This document shows, in pieces, positions 11,918 to 25,688 of a stretch of DNA of 64,000 nucleotides (positions are counted from its first letter, which is position 1; each line of letters starts with the position of its first letter). This DNA comes from Octopus sinensis (lineage: Eukaryota). Both the position numbers and the translations under genes were made by a program. The stretch lies in the NCBI RefSeq assembly GCF_006345805.1, contig NC_042999.1:80662001-80726000 (forward strand), read 5' to 3'. The notes beneath the pieces are model-generated. The model ran no database searches, was not told where the DNA came from, and saw only the letters and a program-made list of their open reading frames with translations.

Positions 11918-12135
11918 GAGGCGGCGAGCTAGCAGAATCATTAGCACGCCGGGCAAAATGCTTACCCGCATTTCGACCGTTTTTACGTTGTGTGTTAAAC
12001 TTTCGCTGAGGTCAATTTTACATTTCCTCCTCTCGGTCCGACTAAATAGACACCAATAGATCTCGGTGGTCGACGTAATCAATTTACACATTCCACGCAA
12101 CGTTGCTGGACTTGTGCCGAAATTTGAAATCAATA
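11918..12135 (+). mobile_element. SINE family 2 (diverged)
   Basis: ggcggcgagctagcagaatcattagcacgccgggcaaaatgctta; matches 62235 and 5902. Confidence 0.75.
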
Positions 12136-12854
12136 TTAACGATAACCGTAGGAAAACCATGAACATACGGGAGTGAAATAAAAGTAAATTATTTCAGGCA
12201 TTACTATATACTTATAGTTGACATATGTCTGCAAATGTTAAATTGTTTTTTTATGAAACCTTCATGTGACAGCATAATCTCGATTCTGTTTTAAGTTTTT
12301 CGTAAGGAATGAAGCATATCATTCTTTGAGAGTCATAGTAACAATAGTTCCATCTTCGGGTAGTCATCTACAATTAATATTCAGCTCAATAGTAGGTTAG
12401 CATAACTTTAAGGATAAAAGAGAACAGTATTCCGCTTGTGCCTCTGGAGATGTACAAACGTAGAAAACCCGATTTTTTCTCGCGATCTGTAACATTACAT
12501 GAATAACAAGTTCGATTTTTGCAAAGAAGATTAAATAGAGACAACACAGGAGGAATAAGTTTTTAACAAAGATGGTGTTTACGTAACGACTTAACTTTCC
12601 GGATATTAGATATTCATCAAAAGAAAGACTAAGGCAGAGGTTGAGTATGAAACAGAAATTGTTAAAAAGAGGGAACGATAAAAAGAATGAGAAGGAAAAA
12701 GAAAACTTGTGAGTTCCGTGAGAATACGCGTGTGTGAGTGTTAGTGTATGTGTGTGAGTGAGTGTGAGTTTGTCTGTGTGTGTGGATACACATATGCCCA
12801 TACAGGCATTCATTCAGACACACCCTGCCATACGCGTACATAGGCACAAACATA

Positions 12855-13860
12855 CTGGGTTCTCATAAACTATTTAACTTTTTCCATTAAATTTAATTGT
12901 GATTTTTTCTTGAAAATTTTTAGCAAATCATTGAATAACATATTCTCCTTCTGCGTTCTCGAACCTCTTGTCAACCTTCCACCAGCTTACTAAATGTCTT
13001 GATGATAGGAATCTCCGACAATTGAAAAAAAGAAATCATCGAACTCCATTTTCAGCTCCAGCTGGTTGTTGAAAGTAATGCCTCACACACTGTTTGAAAG
13101 CGACCGGAAAAGGTAATAAACATCAGAAACTATACCAGGTGAAAACGTCATAAGCAGTAAAACCCACCGATCGAACACTTGAATAGCAGTTTTGATCAAA
13201 TAGTCACGTGTATCAATTGTTGTCATGCTGCGGAAGCACGCCTGTCGGCGGATGGGCCATTGCCGTCGAATTTCCTCCTTAAGTCGGTGCATTTGCTGAA
13301 CCTAAAGTTCTGTATTGACCGTGTGGTTGTCAAGTGTGCAAACTGGCGTTGATAGAAGAGCGCTGAAAATTGTTTTTGTTCGGAGCATGTGGAATCCACG
13401 AACCACGCCTTTTAGATCTAAACCATCGATGGAGGGTGATAAGCGGAAATGTCATAAAAGAAACCAATCTGGTAGGCCATTTCCTTAGAAAATTTGCTTG
13501 GTTTCTGATAGATCTAACACATCCCCGTTAACTGAATGTGTGAACCGGGAAGCAGGGAATACGTAAGGTGGAATTTCCTCGCCTTGTATTTTCAAAACCA
13601 TCTCTATGTAGTACTTTGGGTAATAGCATCCTCTCTATACGCAAAAAAAAAAACCGTCTGGAGCGGCTTTAGCATATTTCAAAATTTACTGAGAAGCAGG
13701 TGTCGAAAATGCTCATTTTTTTTCTTGTTGGCACGCAAGCCTTATATATTTGAAAAGTGACAAAATAAATTTTAAGAACGATAAAGAAATGGTTATCAGG
13801 AATTATAGCGCTACAGAATGGTGTGAAAAATACAGATTAATATAATATTTTAAAGTGGCG
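12855..13860 (-). mobile_element. Degraded mariner-type transposon
   Basis: Minus-strand fragments TVNTEL..QQMHRLKEEIRRQWP..R and HDN-like motif; many frameshifts. Confidence 0.6.
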
Positions 13861-13865
13861 AAGGC

Positions 13866-13913
<48 letters not shown>

Positions 13914-13930
13914 GTATGTATGTATGTATA

Positions 13931-13997
<67 letters not shown>

Positions 13998-15336
13998 TGT
14001 GCGCGTGTGTGCCCGCGCATTTTGTTTATATACGTCTATATACATCTATATATGTATTAATCCTTAAATTCTTCTTTGTTCTGACACTATTCTGATAATT
14101 TCGTTCTGATAACTTACGAATGGTAACAGGATCAATTTAAATATTTTTATTCCATGAATTTGTTAAATATGTTGAATAAGTTCAACTGTCTTTTATGTTT
14201 GAAGATAATGAATTCATCTGCCGAAAATGGTTTCTTCGCAATGATGTAATTTTCTCAGTAATCGATTAAAGGAGTCCTTAGAAACGGCTGTAATAAATTC
14301 ACACCTGTAACTCTTTGTCACTTATATTTTATTCACCTTTCCTGGAATCTATGCTTCGTGAATATTATAGACAGTATTTTTGATATAACGTGCATGTCTG
14401 AATAGCTAAGATCGGATGTCTTCTCTCATATGGGTCTTATTATCTGCATACACTGCAAGAATATCATGTGGCCGGCACTTATTCATGAAGTCTGATATTC
14501 ACTCAATATTATTGAGTATATTACTCAGACCTAACAACGTGCCTCAATTTAAGTAACTGATTAAACTGAAACTTAATTGTATTCACACACACACGCACGC
14601 ACACACACACACGCACACACACATACATACACACATACACGCACGCACATATATGTATATATGTGTGTGTGCGTATATTTATGAGTGTGTGTGTACAACC
14701 AACATAGCAAGAATTTTTGTACGGCTTCTTTTCTCTCTTTTCTCCCCCTTTCATTTACTCTCTCACCAATTTAGCGCAGTATTTTTCTGTCTTTCTGCCC
14801 CCCCAACGCTATTTCTTTCATCCTCACTACCACGTGACCCGTGACCATTCCCATTTCGCTCTCCAACTTTGTTCTTTCTTTTGACCTCTGATTTGCTGCG
14901 TCACACTTCTCCCAGCCTCCCACATCATCCTTTACCTTCAACGACTAGTTCGTTGTTTTTTTTTACCTTCGTTCTGTTTTTTCATCTCTTCACTTTCCGT
15001 TTCCAACCTTATAGGACATTTTCTATTGCTTTAATTATACACACATTTTGTCTTGACTTAACGCCTCACGGTCTGTATTTTACTTGTAAAACATATCATT
15101 TAGTTTGTTTGTAAACTTACATTTATAGTTGGGTCGCATTTGTTTACGGCGCTGTCATCAATGTTCACCCATTATTGCCAGCAGCCATTCACCATTGATG
15201 CGACCAAAAATGTTAAAGTCATGAAACTGTAGTGAATCTTTTGGAGGATAACTGACGACCAAAGAGCATATCCATATTTTGTGTGTGAAATTTCCTTTGG
15301 TTCTTTTGTTGTGCTTCTGATTAATTTTTGAAACTG

Positions 15337-15359
15337 ATCTATCTATCTATCTATCTATC

Positions 15360-15414
<55 letters not shown>

Positions 15415-15462
15415 CTAGTCTATCTATCTATATATCTATCTATTGATCTATCTATCTATCTA

Positions 15463-15498
<36 letters not shown>

Positions 15499-15511
15499 CT
15501 ATCTATCTATC

Positions 15512-15575
<64 letters not shown>

Positions 15576-15580
15576 CTCTC
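15337..15580. repeat. (ATCT)n microsatellite
   Basis: Direct reading. Confidence 0.95.
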
Positions 15581-15614
15581 TCTCTATACACACACACACA
15601 CATATATATATATA

Positions 15615-15920
15615 TTATATTATATTAAATTAGAGTTCATTGTTTAAAACTCGCCAAGAATATTCTGAAACCACCTGATGTATGTCTACTACTCATAGAT
15701 TTGATGACTGAAGACAAGAAACGGTCGTAGTGGATATTAATAATTGTTACATTTCTAAATAATATAAATTAATTTATGTATTGGCTTAAGTCTTTTTTGT
15801 TTGATTTGCATTATAGTGGTTTTGTCTCTAATTTAATATAATATAATATTTTACTATAAAATTGGATTCAATCCTAAATCTGATTTTTCCCTGTAAGTTT
15901 GGATTTATTCCCTAATATTA
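15615..15920 (+). mobile_element. Hammerhead-bearing element family C with a short 5' inverted segment
   Basis: tatattaaattagag (about 15621) is inverted relative to ctctaatttaatata (about 15826); relatives at 2258 and 41958; flanked by (TA)n. Confidence 0.7.
15671..15733 (+). ncRNA. Type-I hammerhead, slightly degenerate at A9
   Basis: CCAC-CTGATG(ta)-TGTCT...AGACA-a-GAAA-CGGTCG-TA^GTGG; stem I extends AATAT/ATATT. Confidence 0.65.
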
Positions 15921-15948
15921 TTATATATATATATTATATATATTATAT

Positions 15949-15996
<48 letters not shown>

Positions 15997-16025
15997 CATA
16001 TATATATATATTATATATATTATAA

Positions 16026-16071
<46 letters not shown>

Positions 16072-16073
<2 letters not shown>

Positions 16074-16580
16074 TCTCTCGTCGTCCACGATAATCCAGCG
16101 TTTGCAATACTTTTTTCGTCTGGCGTTAACAGCCCTTCTTATCTTGTTCTCCTTGTCCTGTCTCTCACTGTTATATATTTATTTTTCCACTGTTTATATA
16201 TATATTTTTTACTGTTTATATGTTTGTACTGTCGTTACCGTCTTGCTTTTTTTTACCCCTCTGCGAAAAGATCTCAGAATTTTAATTGATTTGCTTTTCG
16301 CGGGAAGGAAGTTTTCTTCGAAGTATACGTCTCGCTTTTATCCTTCGAAACGTTTAGTAGATGAAACCTTAGCGACTGAAGAAGGGGATTTTTCGTTGTG
16401 CTTATTGTCCTGTATCTCTTTTTTTTTGCTTGTCTTGTTCCTTGGTTTGTGTCTATGTTTTTCGTCTCTCTATGTGTTCGACGTCTTTTGGTGTCCTGTA
16501 CACATATATGCGTGTATATGTACATGTAGAGGTAGGTACGTACATATATGTTTATATATATGCATATGTTCTATTTTATT

Positions 16581-16582
<2 letters not shown>
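16072..16582 (+). mobile_element. Non-coding interspersed element in (TA)n, probably pLTR-like
   Basis: Its 3' part resembles the reverse complement of 51345-51470; contains GAAAC and CTGAAGA motifs. Confidence 0.45.
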
Positions 16583-16636
<54 letters not shown>

Positions 16637-16649
16637 TATACATATATAT

Positions 16650-17430
16650 ATATAAATGGAGTTAAACACAGGTGTTATTCAAATTCTTTTACTTCCGACA
16701 TAATCTTCTCATCAGGGAAAGAAAAAAAAAAAAAACCAAAATCATCAATAACACGTTCTAACAGAATGTGATGGCTGTGTATAATGATGAACGGAACGCT
16801 ATTAAATTGTTTTTTTAAAAACCATTAAAAGCTACAACGTCAAAGGTAGCCTATATAAAGAGAGGGAGTAAAGTAAATAAATAAGCAGAAAACTAATAAA
16901 GGAGAAATATAGAGCGATATGGGAATTAAAATAAAATCTTAACGGCTTGAAAATAGATATATCTAGTGGAAATGAAATATAAGAAGGAAATCGATGTTCA
17001 AATTATATATAATGGGAGATAACACTTATATGAACTAAAGGCATGTTTTTGCCAATATTTACATCAATAAGCACACTCTATAAACGTATTTACAAGGAGA
17101 AGGGGATTCTTGGAAAACGGAAGAGAAAATAGTTCACTATTACAGGGTTGGCAGAATTTTTTGATTTTATCGTATGGGAAGGAAATGGAGAGAATCAACC
17201 AATCTAAATTAAATTGTTAATTATGGTCTTTTAGATATGAAATTAATTTATCAAGCCCTGTACTGTTGCGTTTATTATTATACCTAAATGTAGAGTAATG
17301 ATTAGAAATTCTTTTAGATAACTGAGATTAAGAACAACCTATATAAAAACAGACATAGGTACAGGAAGTAATTTTACACTAGTATATAGTGTTTTTAGTC
17401 TTAGAATTACTAGACATAGACTTAATTCTG
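16650..17430 (-). mobile_element. Penelope-type 3' region, family D, with internally deleted hammerhead (16693-16719)
   Basis: aaatggagttaaac.caggtgttatt shared with 19405; minus strand TTCC-CTGATGA-GAAGATTATG fused to TCGGAA. Confidence 0.55.
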
Positions 17431-17469
17431 TTCGAATTGACTTCAGAGACAATGGCTCGGATCAATGGC

Positions 17470-17955
17470 ACGGATTACATCATTGGCTCGGATTTCATCA
17501 ATCGTCCATTGAAGCAGCCCAAATGTTGGTACGAGTACTAGGACTGCAAACACATTGTAGGTCACTGTTTTATAGAATGCAGAGAGTTCTGAGGTCCAAA
17601 GTCTTTATTCGGCTGTAATATTCTTTAGTGACACGTGTTTTGTTACAGGTGCTGTAACCCCTATATACTTGTGACATTCTTCGTCAGCTATAGAGTAAAC
17701 AGTCAAATCATTGATGGAGATGTTACTAGTCTGGTTTATAGTTTTCCTCCTTTTCACAACCATATAACAACATTTATCCTGACCTAACTCCAACTCTACA
17801 TCCTTTGAGAAAGTTGTAACTAGATGAAGGTTCTTTCCATCTCATGCACATTCTATGCATAATGTTTTAAGTCATCCACAAAGAAACAGTGTATAATTTT
17901 GGTATTTCTGTTTATATGTGAACCAGTGAGATATCCTTCAGACTTCCTTAACATG
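17470..17955 (-). mobile_element. R4-type non-LTR RT core fragment
   Basis: Minus strand HCFFVDDLKHYA, FSKDV.LELGQDKC, ECHKYIG, VLVPTFGLLQWTIDEIRA. Confidence 0.8.
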
Positions 17956-19033
17956 AGTGACATGTATGCATATATGTGTGAACGTACATATGTATGACGT
18001 GTGTTTATAAGGTTGTATTTTCACTAGAATTAGAAGAAAGATTTTTATTACTCCAGAATTACTTTGAAAGTATTTCAATTTTGCGTATGCAGTTTACTAG
18101 TTTCTTAAGAATATCATTTAAAACTTAAAATTATTAATAGATACATAATAAATCTATAAATTAATTGCAAAATTATTGCGTTAAATTAAATTGTAATAAC
18201 GAATATTTGCATTAGAACAAGACTAAAATAAATGCATAAAATGGTTTACATATCGAATGGGCAGATGGCGATCCTCTCTATTAAACGCATAGGTGAGACG
18301 TAAAACTTCGTGATTTTTCAATACATATGCAATAACTATGAGCATAACGATGATGATGATGATCACATCATCATCATCATCATCATCGTCGTCATGATCA
18401 CCACCATCATCATCATATTTTGTTCATAGTTTTGTTAAGCTTTCCATAGTATATTTGTGATTGCCTTTTGATTATTATTTTTGAATGCTCAACAATATAT
18501 ACATTAAACATCAGAATTTCAGCAGTAATCAAAATACATATCTGTATCTAATTACGGATTAATTGTTTTTAAATACAAACAAATAATTTCCGATTAAAAT
18601 TTCAATAATGAATATTTCTTTACTCCAGGAAAATAATTCCGTGTTATTAATATATTTGCATAACTCGTTTTATAATTATTTAAAATAATTAAAACTATAT
18701 ATTTGGTTAATAGTAGATTCTCTACAGTTTGTTTCTGATAATTTCTCACTAATGTATATACAGTTGTGTGTGCGCGTGCATGTGTGTGTGTGTGTGCACG
18801 CTCGTTTGTGTGTGTGGTGTTTATATTGCTATGTAGGTACGTTTTTGCTTTTCCGCCGTTTGTGCACTCATTAAACGTATTTTCCGTTCATCTATGCATT
18901 CATTATAGGTTTTTAACTTTTCGTTTCTCCAAATTTACTATACATGTGTTCAGATTTTAAGTAGCGGAATGCAACACACCCTAGTTTTTATTAACAGTAT
19001 ATATGATAGAACGCACGCATCCACTTCTAAGTT

Positions 19034-19034
<1 letters not shown>

Positions 19035-19121
<87 letters not shown>

Positions 19122-19159
19122 ATATATTATATATATATTATATATATAATATATATATA

Positions 19160-19240
<81 letters not shown>
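19035..19240. repeat. (ATCT)n plus (TA)n microsatellites
   Basis: Direct reading. Confidence 0.95.
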
Positions 19241-19274
19241 GGATGTGTGTATTTTCCCTTGTTTACAATTAATA

Positions 19275-19516
19275 CAGAAAAAATAAATAAACAGTTACCA
19301 GGGCAGCTAAAGAACACACAAGTAATAAGGACGTACTACCCTGTTTGTAATGGTAGAAAATCCGGGTTGATGTGAAATATTATGTATAATATATATAAAT
19401 AAATAAATGGAGTTAAACGCAGGTGTTATTAAAATTCTTTTGCTTCCGACATATGTTTCGAAGACAACATTGGTATTATTCCAAAGTAATATAATGGTAT
19501 AAAACAATATAATCTT
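19275..19516 (-). mobile_element. Family D pLTR fragment carrying the 3' portion of a hammerhead (19444-19516)
   Basis: Minus strand AAGATTATATTG...CAATGTTGTCTTC-GAAA-CATATG-TC^GGAA. Confidence 0.65.
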
Positions 19517-20640
19517 TCAAAAACCCGAAAATTACTAACAGGCACACATAGTTTCTACATAAACTGTGATGTAGACCACCTCTTCCTTATATGAAAACAA
19601 GGCGGCAGAGGCTTAAAATTGATCCAAAATCTCTTTGAATGTCGCACCATATCCCTTCGGCAACATTTTCTAACCACCAAGTGTCGAAGTGCATCCCTCG
19701 ACCAAGTTCGCACACATGAGGCTGATAACCTCATAAGACTTGGAAGGCAGTTCATTGAGCAACAATCTTTGACTGATAACATAGAATATGTGCCAAAAGA
19801 AGACGCATGACTCTACCGCAACTTATCATCAGATGAACGGTTGAGCCTGTATGAGCAGAAGACTATGCATGGATATGATAGTAGAAAGCTCCGTGATGAT
19901 AGTAACATTGACCATCAAAGCAGTGTATCATGGGCCAATAGCAGAATAACTACCTCCCACTTTGAGAGTATGCGTTTGCAATCTAGGAAAGGAAATATCA
20001 ACCAAGTACCTGATGCACAAACGGGATAGAGATGCAGGAGAAGCCGTAATATGTGACCACCGATGCAGTCTTTATGGAGTTCACACTGAAGATATCACGC
20101 ACATCATAAGCAGTTGTCCGAAAATGTCATCACAGCATTATGAGGGATGATGATCTAGCTAGGAGACTCTATAATGAAATCCGTCGGAAGGATAACCAGG
20201 AAGACAAAGAAATAAGAACCTACAATATGGTAGAAGACATAACCATGAACACTAGTGGAATATCCCAGTGATGACCTCAATAAAATATAATCACAACAGA
20301 CCTGATGTAATGATTTGAGATAGAGAAGAGAAACTGTGCGCAGTTGTGGAAATTAACTGAGCAGCGGATGTTAACATAAAGCTGAAGATTAATGAAAATG
20401 AGAATACCAACGCTGAACTATTGGAGAAATCTGCAGTTACTCAATGCAGATTACGAGTTCAGGTTTATATCTGTAATTATTGGGGCCCTGGGATATGTAA
20501 CACACTGCCTAAATACAAATCTTGAGAAATTAGGCTCCACAGAACAAAAAAGGTGAAAGATAACTCGAAGACATTAGATCCAGTCCATCTCTAGATCTGT
20601 AAAAATCTGTGCAATTTTCCAGAAGTTTATCATTTGAATA
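19517..20640 (+). mobile_element. R4-type non-LTR retrotransposon, 3' half (post-RT region, CCHC, RLE), pseudogenised
   Basis: KTRKLLT..CDVDHLF..KQGGRGL, KTMHGY, HRCSLYGVHTEDITHIISSCPKMS, HNRPDVMI, VIIGALGYV. Confidence 0.85.
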
Positions 20641-20989
20641 TATATGAGCATGTATAGACATGCAACTTTATGCATGATATTACACACATAAAGCAAAACA
20701 CATATACATACGTATAAACATAGATACATACATATATGCATACATACATACATACATACGTACGTACATACATACATACATACATACATACATACATACA
20801 TACATACATACATACATACATACATACAAATAAAAATGCCCTGTTGTTGATGCTGAAATTCAAATGAAGGAGCTCTGGATCTAGGTTAGAAACGGGCTCT
20901 TTCATTATTGGCAATAGATCTTGAAATAAAATTGAACAATGACATATATATACATACATATATACATTCATATCATGATGGATTCTCTT

Positions 20990-21600
20990 GTCGTGGACGA
21001 TAAATGAGCGTTCAGTAAAATAAGCTGTATATCATGTTTTATAGACACGCACGTGTCACTTGAGGCCTGCAGGTGCCTTGCAAACATTTCGGCAAATGAA
21101 ATAATTTGAGGATTCAGTTTACTCGAGTAGTTGGGGATCATTTACTACACGTCATCGTGAGTGGACGCCTGGTTTGCACCGTGTCACAAAACCCACGATG
21201 ATAGGCAAGATTTTCATTCAGAAGTGTGGCGTTTTGCCAGCGTGCTTTTATGCTTCCACGAAGCGGGTTCCGATGTTGGAATCGATTTTGCTCAAATATT
21301 TACGCCAAGAAGAAGCAGGACTGGCGCCAGGTTCTAAGTTCTGATGTTTTGTTTTCGCGGGAAGAAAAAGGGATTTCAATAACTTCAGATTGTCTTTTAG
21401 TTTGTCTTTGTAGCGCGCACAAGAGTGGCGTTCCAAATGACCATCCTGTTAAGAATTAGTCAAATAAAGTCATTGCGCCAATGACCTCATTAACTTTGTT
21501 GATATAGACCAATAAAGATCTACTATTTCAAACTGGGTGAGCCTTCCCAACTTGCCGACTAGCGTGCATGTGCTGAGCAGTTTCTGATGCAACTGGCTGT
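20990..21600 (-). mobile_element. Highly degraded Tc1/mariner-like transposase remnant
   Basis: Weak resemblance of the minus-strand translation to the QQDGA...WP.RSPDL region. Confidence 0.35.
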
Positions 21601-23828
21601 TATTTTAATAGGACAATCGACAGTGCAGAAGTTCCTTAATTTTTATACGAAATTTCTCAGTTCAAATCAGGGTCTATTAAGATGCGACCGTTCTATTTGT
21701 CAACCGATCTGGACTCATAGTCTGTTAATACTGATTGCACATAATGGCTTTTGGGTGACCGTTAAATTCATAGTAAACTCATCACATTCATGTCATTTTG
21801 TATCATTTGGATATTTCGAAATTATGAACATTTATTATGAGATACATGACCGTAACACTGTTGTGACCTATTGGTTAATTAAATCCGTACTGATATCCAT
21901 TGCCCAGTCAATTTCATTTGGATTAGCACCAAAATCGCCTGTTTATTTGCTTTTCTTTAAAAGCCTTACAATAAATCGAGCGATAATAAGATAGTAATGC
22001 AGCTTTTATGCCAGACTTCATGATAATTACAATAGCTTTTATGAGAATGTGATCTATAAGGTACATGACATATCTAGAGACATGTAAAGGGTATGGCATG
22101 AACTGCATATCATTATTGTATATGAGACTCTTTAACGTGTGAATGATTCGTATAAGGACAAGGTGTAATTAAGATAAGGAATAAACTGTGTGTTTCGATT
22201 GAAGAGAGGAATTGACCCCTGAATGAATGTGTTTCAGTTATGGTTGACTCCTCATGAGAAGCACTTCAAAACAAAGAGTAATTGGATGTTTAAGGATGCT
22301 TAAGAGACGAAGAGAAAGAGAAAGAGAAAGTGCAATTTCCCTCCTTCAATGATAATACAGTGTTTCCATAAATGATGTAACTTAGGATATACTACATTCA
22401 AAATAAAATTAACAACATACACTAAGCGTCATATTACTTGTCAAAAGATTAGGATTATCTTACTAACAACCAAGATCGACCATTACCGCCTCAGGTTACT
22501 AATTGCTTCCAAATATAAATCTTACGTCAGATTATGCTACTATTGACAATTAACTAATATGATATAATTTTCATAGGAATCGTGGAGAACATCTTAAGAT
22601 GAGAGATAAGCACTTGATGGATCAATTAGGCAATTTATAGTGCATCAATTGCCCGTTGTGTATTTACCCGTTCGATCGCTAGACTATTTCATGTAAGAAC
22701 AACTCTGTAAATTGTCTCCATCTTGCTAGAAACAGCAAATTGAACTCTGTGGTCTCACAAATATATATATATATATATATTAGGTTATGAAGTCATAAGT
22801 TAACTAATATTGTGTTACCAAACATGGAATATGTTGGATCATGAATCAGATTAAATATAGCTTAGCTGGAGCAATTTAAAAAGGACAGAAGTATTGATAT
22901 ATAAACTGCGGCTCTTGCAAAAATCTGACACCCAGGGAGCTGGCAGATTAGAATGGGAATACTTTACTATTTGGCTAAAGGAATTCACTCACTAATCCAT
23001 ACTTATCCTAGAAATTCAGAGAATCTAGCTACAAAGATAAAATCATCACAGGATTGAGAAATGTCAAATTCTGGGGGAAAATAGGACCGGTGCTTTAAAT
23101 ATTAATGTGTTCCACCTGCATCTATTCAAGGAAAAATGAAAGTGAAGTTTAGTAAACATAAATCATTCTAAGTCCATCCATTGTCAGAAACCGAAGCTGT
23201 TGTGCGATCAAATATGCCTTGGATCTTGGGTTTATTACACGTCTACAGAGATATACATTAAAACAAAGGAGCAATAAGAAATATAACAGCAGAGAGGCAT
23301 CTGAAAGTCATTACCGGAGGCGGTCCGATTCCTTAGACTTTAATGAGTTGAGAAACGAAATACTTCCATAAAGGCATATATTCTCTGAAGACCTACGGTA
23401 GTTCAGTTCTCGTTACAGTTTCTTATTACACGTACATGCAGGAATATATCTAAGGACGCTTTAACCATATCTAGAAATTCATTAGGAAAATCTTCCTGCA
23501 AAAATAAGAAATGGGATTACATGAATTTTGTTTCATTTATTAATGAGAGTAATACAATTGAAATTTGATTAAATATTCACTTTTATTTCCCCCATATAAT
23601 CAAAGCATATACTGAAGAAAAATTATTTAAATAACATGAATAAAAATAAATGACGAAACATATTGCTTAAACGCTATATCGAGTAAATGAATATTCTGTT
23701 AGATGATCAGTTGTGAATGATTCATTCAAATTTAAGTTGATTAAGAATTATCTAACAAATCATCTCATCATTTGTCCAACACACGCGCACACGAAAGCAC
23801 TTATAGAGGGAAAAATTCTGGGTAAAAA

Positions 23829-23894
<66 letters not shown>

Positions 23895-23959
23895 TAGCGA
23901 AATTGCGGGTGAAAACAGGTGACTAACAACTAATATATTTTACGTACTGCTGCTATAAC

Positions 23960-24031
<72 letters not shown>

Positions 24032-24070
24032 TTGTATGTATGCGTATATGTATTAATGTATGCATGCATA

Positions 24071-24138
<68 letters not shown>

Positions 24139-24174
24139 CGCAGCTGCTTGGTTGGAATGAGTAACAGAATAAAA

Positions 24175-25620
24175 GATGATTGCTTTATACTTTGGAAAGA
24201 TAGAATGGACAAATTCCCTCATTTCAAGATAATGCTCAACAATATCAATAGCAACATACAATTTACCATGAAACACACCAATAAATAACTCCCTTTTCTT
24301 CACATCTTAACTGAAATAGTCAATAACCACATCAAAACAAACATCTTCTATAAACCCACAGATTCAAAGCAATACCTATTAGTGAACTCATGCCACCCCG
24401 AACACATGAAAATTAATATACCTTATAATCTAGCGAAAATAATCTGTACCATAATTTTGGACACCAATGCTCGTGAGTGAAGACTCCTTGAACTCAGATC
24501 AATACTTGTCAAGAAACATTACCGAACATCATTAATAAATGATGTGATTAAACGAGCAAAGGAAACAGATATACGAACATTAAGGGAAGTTAACCGCAAT
24601 ACTATACCAGACTAAAAAATACTCCCATACATCTCCACACATAACTCTAGAAAGAACGAAGCCTTCAACATTACCATCCAAGATCTACCCATTCTCACAG
24701 GAGATAAAACTAGGAACAAAATTTTAGGCTCACACAAAATTATCAAGAGCAAAACGCAACCTAAATCATTGAAAAAAAATATAAACCAACGCAACATTTT
24801 ATCCATTAACAACGGAACCAAAAGTTGAAAAATGCGTTCGGCCTACCTGTGGCACATGCCCCCATCTTTTGGACAGTACAGAGTTCCACTTTAAACAAGG
24901 TGAAGTATTTAAGATTAAATCAAATTCACCTGTACCTCGGAAAACCTAAACTATGCCATTACCTGCTAAGGGTGCGGTAATCAATATATTGGCCAAACAG
25001 GTATATCATTCTGTCGAGGAACCACTCTTCACAAAGAACGAATCCGCTACCCGCAATACAAAGAGATACAGGTCAGTGAACACATAGATAGGTGTTCTAG
25101 AAACCTTAATCCTGATTTCCTAATTTTTCCCTTCAATCAATGTTCACAGAACACCTCAGTACAGCAAAGAATGAATAAAGGAACAACTTTCCTCAATAAA
25201 TATCATCCACAATATAATACAGAACACAACAAACCTTACAAATAATGCCACTAACACCCATACATTCTTTATGCCATTCATATTACAGTATTATATCGAC
25301 CCTAAATGCACCACGTCCAGAACTACATACCTCCCTTACACTATATTTTCACTCAGGGACTAGTAGACGCGACACCGTTTGATAATCGGTGCGCATTCAA
25401 ACCGATCCCGGTTTGACTTTGAATCTCTTTAAGAATTCATAATAATAAATTAACTTCTATCTCAGTTCATCTAATTGTATTTATTTATCGCTACTTTTCG
25501 TAAAAAAACCTTTATTTTTTTAATATTCAATGTGCATTTACGCTTTTTTTCTCAATACTTTCCCCATATCTTTTTCACGTGTAGTTTCTATTTTTTTTAA
25601 AACATATTTCTATAATATAT
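24175..25620 (+). mobile_element. 5'-truncated Penelope-like element (Neptune-type): RT C-terminus, Cys motif, GIY-YIG endonuclease and 3' UTR; pseudogenised
   Basis: DDCFILW..NIQFTM..LPFL..FYKPTDSKQYLL..SCHP.H.KINIPYNLA; KCVRPTCGTCP; CTSENLNYAITC*GCGNQYIGQTG; stops and frameshifts. Confidence 0.9.
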
Positions 25621-25635
25621 ATAAATATCTACATA

Positions 25636-25688
<53 letters not shown>

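Noticed and set aside
25373-25425. TTGATAA-TCGGT..ACCGA in the PLE 3' UTR as a U3-A8 hammerhead
   Set aside because: No GAAA after the putative stem II
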